This document shows, piece by piece, positions 1 to 8,713 of a stretch of 64,000 nucleotides of DNA. A program made the position numbers and the translations under genes. How positions within the stretch are numbered: the stretch's first letter is position 1; each line of letters begins with the position of its first letter. Origin of the DNA: Epithemia pelagica (Eukaryota > Protista > Bacillariophyta); assembly GCA_946965045.2 (NCBI GenBank), contig OX337233.1, positions 2,046,001-2,110,000 on the forward strand, given 5' to 3'. The notes under the pieces are model-generated. The model had not been told where the DNA came from. It searched no databases and saw only the letters and a program-made list of their open reading frames with translations.

Positions 1-88
1 TGTAGAGTTGTACCAGATCCTACGTAATCTTTTTATGCGACTAAAATAACCAAAAAAAAAACGTGAAGTATTTTCTTTCAGGAGGGAG

Positions 89-350
89 TACTCCTAGTGC
101 CTTACCTCCGGGTGTGCCCATTACGTGCGAAAATGTCCCGTTGGGCACAACATTTTAGGTAGATAGAACTCGATCAATATTAGCCCTACGACAATGATCT
201 GATGCATCTTACCAATCTTTAAGGCATCCTCTGTCACCATTTGATGCCCCATTTGGCCTACATAGGACATATGGGGGTCATAGGAGCGCCTCTACTAGAA
301 GCTTGTGGTGTGTGCAACGTGTGTGGGCACATTATGGGCACATTATAGAA
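89..350 (+). repeat. Left imperfect terminal inverted repeat with TGTGCCCA sub-repeats
   Basis: Shared blocks with the reverse complement of 8235-8508: GTGTGCCCATTAC, CCGTTGGGCACA, TAGATAGAAC, GATCAATATTAG, CATCCTCTGTCACCATT, GGTCATAGGAGC, TGTGGGCACAT. Confidence 0.85.
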
Positions 351-386
351 ACTCATGTAAAGCTCGGCTTTTAGACTTACTACGTC

Positions 387-1001
387 CTAGTATTCAAACT
401 TGTAGGCAACACTTGGCTCCTGAGTCTCAGAGAACTCAAAGGACAGGTTGCTATCGACACCAATTGACGAATTGCGCTTTCCAAATTTGCTGGACAAGTT
501 TTCATTGGATGAATCATTTTCATTATTGTCGTCATCAAAGTTGCTTGGCATTTCCACGGACTTCCTTACAGTATCGGAACATTGCTGATTGTTGCATGAT
601 GTCTCAATGTTCTTGAAGCGCATCGTCATCATCAAGTCAAAGCAAGGGGGGGACGGAGATGAGGACAACTTCTTCTCGGGTGCTGGATACAAAACAGCAA
701 CATGATTCTTTTGGGGGACAATCTTGGCATGCACCGTCTTGGCTTCCATATCCTTGAAATCTGAAACGTCCATCGCCACCTTCTCCTTTGCCTTCATGTT
801 CTTTTTCTTGGTTGCCACTGCCTTCTTAGTTTTCGTCGTCTTTTTGCGATGCGACAACCGGGACGCGGGTTGGTTGGAAACGGAAACAGAAGGAGCAAGA
901 ATGGAGCTTGTGCACTGCGAAGCTGCATCAGCTCCTGAGGCTGCTTTGATGCGCGCTTGATAGCGCAAACTTGTACGACGGCCGTTGATAGTTGTCGACA
1001 T
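387..1001 (-). CDS. Hypothetical Lys/Ser-rich 204-aa cargo ORF starting in cassette copy 1
   Basis: Open frame starting MST from the same CCACCATGTCGAC context as the CRD-only ORF. Contains a basic NLS-like stretch. No recognisable domain. Confidence 0.35.
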   Translation of the reverse strand: MSTTINGRRTSLRYQARIKAASGADAASQCTSSILAPSVSVSNQPASRLSHRKKTTKTKKAVATKKKNMKAKEKVAMDVSDFKDMEAKTVHAKIVPQKNHVAVLYPAPEKKLSSSPSPPCFDLMMTMRFKNIETSCNNQQCSDTVRKSVEMPSNFDDDNNENDSSNENLSSKFGKRNSSIGVDSNLSFEFSETQEPSVAYKFEY

Positions 1002-1245
1002 GGTGGTATTCTCTTTCGCGGTGGTGTAACAGGAGATCCACGGAAAATATGAGGCAGATGTGGGTCGTGTCGGTTGGAATAGGTTCCGAACGGACCAAAT
1101 GTCACGCCAGCCAACAAATTTTCCTTAATTAAGAAGTGCGCCATGAGGCGCGATGCCCGCACTCACAAATCTCAAAACGAACACACATACTAGAACTAAA
1201 GCAAACAAGAACAACAAGTTCTGGAGTAGTGCTGCACCCATCGAC
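993..1245. repeat. Duplicated bidirectional start cassette, copy 1
   Basis: Near-identical to 2959-3236. Provides a minus-strand ATG at 1001 (MST...) and a plus-strand ATG at 1153 (MPALTNLKTNTHTRTKANKNNKFWSSAAPID). Confidence 0.9.
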
Positions 1246-1812
1246 CGCCCCACGTCCCGTCGTGGGTGCCGTACAGGCCAAGAGGACTTTGGCCCATCCT
1301 GGCCACAAACCTTTGGGTGTGGCCGCGGACGAATAGTAACTGGTTCCCACCAAGGTGGATTCTTCTTCTTCGCCTTCATTGCGAATGATGGCGGTGGTAC
1401 GGCCAACAATCTCATAATGCAATTTCAAGCCGACATGCTCAATATTTCCGTGGTCAAACCCAAAATCAAGGAAACCACGTCGCTTGGTGTCGCCTTTTGT
1501 GCCGGATTGGCCATGCGAGTTTGGGACAGTATCGATGAAATAAAAACCTTGTGGGCCGTGTCCCAAAGCTACCTGCCCCGCATGACGGAGACGGAACGAC
1601 ACCGCAATTGGAGTGGATGGAACAAAGCGGTTTTGAAAAGTCTGGGGTGGATCGATCACAAAGACGAGGAGGAACAAACCGACAAGAGACTACGACTACC
1701 GCCCGAGTGGAGCAATTCACCCGTGGCAATCGGAACCGGTTCCTCCAGAACTGGTTTGGTGCTGGCTGGCTTTTTGGAGTCGTCGATGTGGTTGCTGCTC
1801 ATGACCGAATGA
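1153..1812 (+). pseudogene. Chimeric ORF: cassette N-terminus fused to a captured glycerol kinase C-terminal fragment (about 1355-1660)
   Basis: DGGGTANNLIMQFQADMLNISVVKPKIKETTSLGVAFCAGLAMRVW...WNKAVLKSLGW matches the FGGY_C end of glycerol kinase. The N-terminal catalytic half is absent. Confidence 0.8.
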
Positions 1813-2254
1813 CTCTTGCCATTCTTGGCTGCCGGAATCGCCTTGTTCTTGATGGGTTTCTGTGGCACTTCTTGCCGCAGACAAGACGGCTGTGGTGTCA
1901 TCAAACGACTCTTGTCGTTGATGTTGTCGTGGTCGTTGTTGCGGCTGTGGTGCTTCTTGGTGACTTGGACGTCGTTGTGTCGGTTGTGGTGCTTGTTGTT
2001 GTGGTTGTGGTGCCTTGTTGGAGGAGGAGACAAGCGCCAATTCGGCAGCCAATATCATTTGCTTGGTATCCTGATTTTCTTGAAAATATTTTTGCGCCAA
2101 CACATCGAGAATTTTTCAAAGAGTATATTGCGTTCGTCTTCATTCATGCCCGTGTGGTGGAATAGGACGGAACTTGCTGGACGACCCCTTGATCGTTTGA
2201 CTTGGCGACACTCTTGGTATTACTTTGGTGGGCCACCTTTTTGCCTATGTCAAT

Positions 2255-2960
2255 TTCAATATGACAATCAAGAAATTGACTATGTAGATATACTTGTAGT
2301 TCGAACTGTATGGATGTAACTTCAAATAGAACTATGTATTGGTCTTACCTAATCATGTATTGTGTATTTTCATTTTCATACTAAATCATAGAGCAATCGT
2401 CGTGAAATCAAGCTGTGTTCTGTTGTTGCATTCGGAATCTGTGCTCTTCAACACAGGTGCGGTTCATCCCAGGACGAATCCTGTTACCGTTGCATAGTCC
2501 AATACCTTTGATGGTCTTGATGATCTCGTCCGTTCCCGGTACCTTGCGGGTCTTCGTTTTAGCAAGACAAACAGGATGTGCGCAAATTGCTCTCGTCTTC
2601 ATAAAACAGATGACGCATCGACTTGTGCTTGGTTGTTCGTTGCCATCCGCATCCTGGACTTGTTCGGGATTTGGCATGGGCCTGTGAGACAAGTGAGACA
2701 AGAATCCAGCTGGTGGATCTCCAGAGTGGCAAAGAAGACACGACACAGTACCATCATCCTGAACTGTCAATGACTCTGCTGGGGAAACACTGGGGAGCGA
2801 ATCAACAACTGAAATCGGAGGGCATCTGCTCGAGCCAGCACCAGCAGTTGAGGCCCCGAACTGAGCCATAAACGCCTCCTCCGGCATCTTCTTCGCGTAT
2901 CGCATGGCCTGTTCTGTAGGCGACTCAGCGTCGACGACATTGGAAGCAATATTGGGGCTT
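2255..2960. repeat. Diverged internal duplicate of 3890-4645 (transposase 3' end plus downstream region)
   Basis: 2297-2436 is identical to 3940-4079 over 140 bp. The adjoining coding part is clearly diverged and has in-frame indels. Confidence 0.9.
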
Positions 2961-2968
2961 GTCGACAT
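2408..2968 (-). CDS. Stand-alone transposase C-terminal Cys-rich domain (CRD) protein, 186 aa
   Basis: Paralogous to the last ~200 aa of the transposase. Retains CVIC, CxHPxC, GLC and TCVEEH. Its ATG comes from cassette copy 2. Confidence 0.6.
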   Translation of the reverse strand: MSTSPNIASNVVDAESPTEQAMRYAKKMPEEAFMAQFGASTAGAGSSRCPPISVVDSLPSVSPAESLTVQDDGTVSCLLCHSGDPPAGFLSHLSHRPMPNPEQVQDADGNEQPSTSRCVICFMKTRAICAHPVCLAKTKTRKVPGTDEIIKTIKGIGLCNGNRIRPGMNRTCVEEHRFRMQQQNTA

Positions 2969-3236
2969 GGTGGTCTTCTTCTCTTTTGTGGTGTTGTTGT
3001 TCCTGTAACAGGAGATCCACGGAAAATATGAGGCCGATGTGTGTCGTGTCGGTTGGAATAGGTTCCGAACGGACCAAATGTCACGCCAGCCAACAAATTT
3101 TCCTTAATTAAGAAGTGCGCCATGAGGCGCGAAAAACTCGTCCATGCCCGCACTCACAAATCTCAAAACAAACACACATACTAGAACTAAAGCAAACAAG
3201 AACAACAAGTTCTGGAGTAGTGCTGCACCGATCGAC
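2959..3236. repeat. Duplicated bidirectional start cassette, copy 2
   Basis: Matches 993-1245 with an 11-bp insertion. Minus-strand ATG at 2968, plus-strand ATG at 3144. Confidence 0.9.
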
Positions 3237-3926
3237 AGACACAGTAGTTCTTTGGTGGAAAGACGGCACGACGGCAAGTAAGTAAACAATGCTGTTAGAA
3301 CTGTCTCCCCAACAAGCACTCACACTTGTTGCATCACTTTGTCCAGAAAGATGAATTCAACGAAAGGAAGCAAGAGGTTTGAGACGATGAAACTCGTCAA
3401 TGGGTTCACAGTGGTTTGTGATGGTGGTCAGTCGCTTGAAACAAAGGGGGAAACAGTGACAGTGTTTGGAGAAGCGGGGGTGAATGTGTACCTGAAGAGT
3501 GCCGGAGAATGTTCTGCTGATGGTCGGTTGATTGTTGATCGTGGTGTGTTGCTGTTGCAGCGAACTTATTTGTCTCGAGTCAACACGAATGCAGTCTCAA
3601 TTCGCTTCTTTGACCGCACCAAAAAGGATGATTCTGTCCCAGAGCTCGTCATCCCACTGCAATATATCAACAATCAACTTGATACGACGATTCTTCAGTC
3701 AAGTAGTGGCAAAGTTGTCAAGAGCAAGATCGTGATTGCTACGACACACTCACTTAACACCGTGATGACAATGGAGCCCATGGTTGTCACGGTTAAGATG
3801 AGTGTCGTTGGAGCCACGACGTTTCTGAAACTTCTCAACGAGAAGCTAGTATGCAAATCTGTTGAGGGAAAAGACGATGACAAGACTGCCAATATTGCGA
3901 TCAAGAAACTGACTACTCCTATGTAG
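3144..3926 (+). CDS. Two-exon hypothetical beta-rich cargo protein (~237 aa; exons 3144-3277 and 3347-3926)
   Basis: Open frame from MPALT at 3144. The GTAAGT donor at 3278 and CAG acceptor at 3346 join it in frame to the 3339-3926 ORF. No family recognised. Confidence 0.55.
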
Positions 3927-4050
3927 GATATACGTGCACTAGTTCGAACTGTATGGATGTAACTTCAAATAGAACTATGTATTGGTCTTACCTAATCATG
4001 TATTGTGTATTTTCATTTTCATACTAAATCATAGAGCAATCGTCGTGAAA

Positions 4051-7000
4051 TCAAGCTGTGTTCTGTTGTTGCATTCGGAGGATCTCCATTTGGAATCTGT
4101 GCTCTTCAACACAGGTGCGGGTCATCCCAGAACGAATCTTGTTATCGTTGCATAGTCCAATACCTTTGAGGGTCTTGGTCTCGTCCGTTCCCGGTACCTT
4201 GCGGGTCTTCGTTTTTGCAAGACAAGCAGGATGTCCGCAAAGTGCTCTCGTCTTCATGCGACAGATGACGCATCGACGTGCGCTTGGACGTATCTTGCCA
4301 TCCCCATCCTGGACTCGTTCGGGATTTGGGATGGGCTTTTGAGAAAAGACTCCAGATGGTGGAACTCCAGAGTCGCAAGGAATACACGCCGTGGCATCAT
4401 CATCCTGAACCGTCAATGACTCCGTTGGGGAAACGATGGGGTGCTGTGTGGATTGTAAATCAACAACTGAAATCGGAGGACATCGGCTCAAGCCAGGAGC
4501 ACTAGCAGTTGAGGCCCCAAACTGAGCCATAAACGCCTCCTCCAGCATCTGCTTTGCGAATTGTGTGGCCTGTTCTGTCAGCGACCTTTGCTGAAGTCCA
4601 GCAGTACCATCCTCAGCTTCAACGACATTTGAAGCAATATTGGGGCGGGCCTGACCTCGACGGTCAAGGTTGTTGTTTAACTGGTTGTGGGAAAGATCCC
4701 ATGCCAAACAATCTGCAAAATACTCCACTCCCGACGAGACTGGAGACTGCCTGCCACCCAAATGGTACTTGGTCGCCAAAAAACAATCAACCACCGTGAT
4801 ACCGATTATCGTGGTGATAAGCCTAAACCATGGGTTTGGCGTTTTCCACAGCATTTCAAGCCGCAACACACCCTGTCGAAGGTGATTGTGGACATCAATG
4901 AGATTGGCCGCTCCAAAATAGACAGACAAACATTTCGGCCGTAGGACGCGGCGCTCTCTGACGTTGCCATGTTCATCAGCGAACCTGGCCACGTAGGGGA
5001 GGCCAGGCTCCGTAGTCTCCGCATCTCTTGACATGGCGAAAAAGAGAGTCTTGCGTGAATTGTATTTGTATGCGATGGCAACCAGGTTGACGTTGGTACC
5101 TGGTGCCACGCTCTCCATCACAAGATACGATCCCGATGGAAAGGGTTCCATCTCCTTTTTCAATTCTTCTTGGGGGAACAAGCCATTGTTGGTTTTGATG
5201 GAACAAATGACTTCGGGCGCATCCTGGTTGTTCCCCCGCACTTTGTCTACACACAGAGTGTAGGTCCGACGATCACGAGCTGTCGGCTCTCGTGGTTCAC
5301 GGTACATGCACTTCATGGCTTCGACAAGCTTGACGCTGCCAAACCAAGAATCTGCACATACAAGGGGCCTTGTGCTTCCTTGGCTCTGAGCTTCAATACG
5401 CTCAAGCACTGACTGGCCAGAATATTCCGAGCCTTCCACCAATCGAAGCGACGTTCCTACCGTCATGCCTCCATCTGCCATAAACTTCTTGCGCCGCATT
5501 GGGATCTTCCCTTCCTGTATCTCAAGGAAGAGAAGACAACCTGTTGCTGTGTCACCAGAAACCTTTTTGAACAAAACAAACGACAATCAAACGGATGAGT
5601 TGGTCACCTGCAAAGGCAGTCAGTTTGGAAAAGCAAACATTACCTTGAACTCCGTCCCCAATGGTTTGGGTTTGCGTTGGACGTAAGACAAATGGGGGAG
5701 TGCTGATGTCTTCGTTGTCCGTGGTTGGAACGCGCACATTGCCTCATCCAACGTAATTGTTGATGAGGCGGCAACTGTTTTCCGACGGTTGCTGTTGAAA
5801 CCGTCAACCAGCGGTTTGATCTGGTTCCATTTCGCACCGTGGTTGTCCCCTTCAAAGGCACAGGGAAGAATCTCCTTGATGTCGAAGAACCGAGTCTTCG
5901 ACATGAGATCCATGCCACCTTTGCTGGCATTCACTTTCGGAGAAAACTGACGATGTGAAGTTGACGACGTATCATCGAAGAGCCGAATACCACCTTTGTG
6001 GCAGGGTGCCGCTCCGATAAGAATGCCCCACCATGCCCACCACTCATGCTCTGTGACGCAACGGATATGGCGGCTTCGGACTCTGCCCTGATTGCGTTCG
6101 TTGATTGCTTCATTCAACCTATGCAGCTGCTCTCGCCAACTCCCTGTAAGACAAACACGCCATTAATACTGAGACCCTTTTCACTGTGACACCAACAGGA
6201 AACTCGACAATCAACGACTTACCTGGCCACATGTGGATCAGCAGACGCAGGAATGGAAAGTCATAGCGTTGGTTTGTTGTAGACAAGTTGCTGTGAGCAA
6301 ATGACTGGCGAAAGTCAAAGCCAACAACACCAACACTCTCGAATTCTTCAACAAGGTTGTCGGGTACTGTATCGCCATCAACAATTTGCCAAGTGAAACT
6401 CCGATTGTCATAAATCTTGCGCAGGTCATTCCGGCCTGTAAGCGCTAGTGTCTCTTCCTCGTCTCCGTCGAAGAGCACATTCCACAAAGGAGTGCCAGGG
6501 ATACTATCCGGATGCTTTTCAACCACAATTCCGAAACGTGGATTGTTCCTTTTGTTCTCCCGGACTCTGTCGCCAATATCAATACCATTTTCGCTGGGTG
6601 GCTCGAGGGTCACTGTCCAGTTTTCTTCTATCAGTTGTTTCTTTCTGTTTATATAGTTTGTATACCTGTTCCTGTGCTCCTCCCTGCTCTCAATTTCGTG
6701 TGCGAGTGCCAAACTGTTAGGATCAATGGCATCCTCGTCGTCCGAAAACAAAAACAGATAGTCCTCCAAGTTGTTGAAGTAGTCATCCAACGACACGGCT
6801 GATGCATTATCCTCATCTGTTGTGTGTTGGAAAGTGCGACCAGAAAGGTTCTGGTCATTCCTCGCGACTTCACGTTCCTGCTGCTCCACTGCTGGTGGAC
6901 CAGCAATTCCAACGTCGGAAATCCAACTCCGGTCGTCGTCGTCATTGAGAATTGTCTCGACCACGTTGTGCGCGTCCTCACGAGTACGAACGACAGGGAC

Positions 7001-7798
7001 GGTATCACCACCACGCTGACCGTCACCACCTGCATCCCCATCCATGACTTGGGTGGGTTCACTCCTGGTGTTGCTCGAAGTGTTGTTTGTGTGTGTCGTG
7101 TGTTCTCGTTGTTCGGCGCTCGGGCCTGCCATTGCACTGTCCTGCCCGTTGTTGTTGTTGTTGTTCTGCTCATCTTCATCCTGAGCCTGTTCACGGTTGC
7201 TCAATGCCACAACTTCAAATCCCTCGTCATCATCTCTTGTATTCTTGGCCGTCATGGCAATGTGTTCTTGTTGTTGTGTTCTTTGATGTTACTGGTTGTG
7301 GTTCTCATTCCGCTGCTGCTGCTGACTACCACCCTGACGAGCAACAAGAACTTCAATACCTGTCTGATTCTCCCCTCCTTCTTGTTGAGGACCCTCGTTG
7401 TTGGCTGCACCAGATGATGCAAAGCTGTTAACAACAACCAAAGCCTCCTCCTCATTTGACGAGCCTTCTTGCTGTTGTTCTTGCCGTTGCTGTTGGTTGG
7501 AAGCAGCAGTGGTGGTAGTTGCTGTTGATGTTGGTGCTGTTGTTGCAGTTGTTCTTGCCACTGTCTGCTGCACTCGGTATTCCCCAGGAAAGCTATCGCC
7601 TCGTTGTATCTTCTTCAGCTGATAAGAGGTCTTGTTCATCAGCTCACCTGTTCTACTGCCATCCCTCTTGTCAAGCCGCTCAACTTCCCATGACTTGTTC
7701 GCAAGGGCTCGGACAATTATCACAGGTTCCTTGCTGCCTCTGAGAAATGCCCTGGACCCAGGACCCAACCGACCTGTTGTTCCAACACCTGCTGGCAT
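4051..7798 (-). CDS. piggyBac-family (DDE_Tnp_1_7/PGBD-like) transposase; exons 7798(or 7255)-6223, 6143-5644, 5562-4051; one in-frame TAA at 7289-7291
   Basis: Motifs TLDEAM...RKPKPLGTEFK, ADSWFGSV and IDVHNHLRQ give three candidate catalytic Asp, followed by a C-terminal Cys-rich domain. Two GT-AG introns (79 and 81 nt) restore HMWPGSWREQL and EFKVSGDTATG. Confidence 0.9.
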
Positions 7799-7886
7799 TT
7801 TCTTTCAGTGTCCTCGTGCTTGTTGTTGTTGTTGTTGTTGTCGTCGTCACCTGCACCTCGTTGTCCTTGTGCTCAAGAAATTGACA

Positions 7887-7915
7887 CTTTTGGTAATGAT
7901 CCTCATTACCAAAAG
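7887..7915. other. Perfect 13-bp stem, 3-nt loop hairpin upstream of the transposase ATG
   Basis: CTTTTGGTAATGA-TCC-TCATTACCAAAAG. Confidence 0.7.
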
Positions 7916-8234
7916 GTTCGATCTCATGAGCACATGCTCTTCATGATGAATAATCCCGATGGGGACTGTTCAAATGGAGGGAAAAACATGTAACTTGCCA
8001 TTGTGTGGTCGTCTGTCGTCAGTTGATCGTCACAATCTTTTCTACAAAAATTCCCCCCTGGTCCCCCATGGAGTTCCGATTGGTTCCGAATCAGCGCGGG
8101 TCCAGAGGAGTCCGGGACACGTTGAGAAAGCCGACCATGGCACAAAAAATGGCGCGAAAGTACTGCTTTGGATGCAGGTAACATCACGACGTCCTATCAT
8201 CGTCATAGGACTGTCATAGGACCTGCCGAAGCAA

Positions 8235-8508
8235 TGTGCCCACTATGTCCCCACATGTGCCCACATGTGCCCACATGTCAAAAATCGAGCACAACCCCCC
8301 AATGGAGATGCTCCTATGACCTAGATATGTCATATATGGGTGTCATGTGGTATCCAATGGTGACAGAGGATGTCTTGAAGAAAAAGTTTGGGCATCCACA
8401 TGTTGCCGTAGGCCTAATATTGATCATGTTCTATCTAGTTGAAAATATGTGCCCAACGGCCCATTTTGGCGTGTAATGGGCACACGGCTAGAGGAGGCAC
8501 TAGGAGTA
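8235..8508 (-). repeat. Right imperfect terminal inverted repeat; tandem ATGTGCCCAC units at about 8234-8278
   Basis: Inverse of the left TIR. The repeated TGTGCCCA-like motifs are candidate transposase binding sites. Confidence 0.85.
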
Positions 8509-8713
8509 GGAGTAGGAGTAAAGAAGAGAGACTCTTCCTTCGTTGGACCATAGCTGACATAGCTTTGCACGGTAGCTCTCCCACCATCCAACCCCAACTC
8601 CACTCCAAGCGGTATGCCCTGTCGACGATTTCATTGTCGAGGATCTGCATTGTGTCTTCGGTCTTTGGTGAGAAGGCGTTTCTATTTACCTACACCAACA
8701 TCTTCTTTTTCTC

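Larger units (their letters stand above)
89..8508. mobile_element. Composite piggyBac-like DNA transposon (8.4 kb) with cargo ORFs
   Basis: TACTCCTAGTGCCT at 89-102 has its exact reverse complement at 8495-8508. Imperfect inverted similarity continues inward for about 260 bp. The element encloses a piggyBac-type DDD transposase. Confidence 0.88.

Noticed and set aside
1125-3319. Signal-peptide-like minus-strand ORFs in the cassette (LLQNLLFLFALVLVCVFVLRF; 1125-1415 and 3104-3319)
   Set aside because: The hydrophobicity is the antisense of the A/C-rich plus-strand leader, and both frames stop immediately. A possible GTATGT...TTAAG intron exists, but no family could be assigned.
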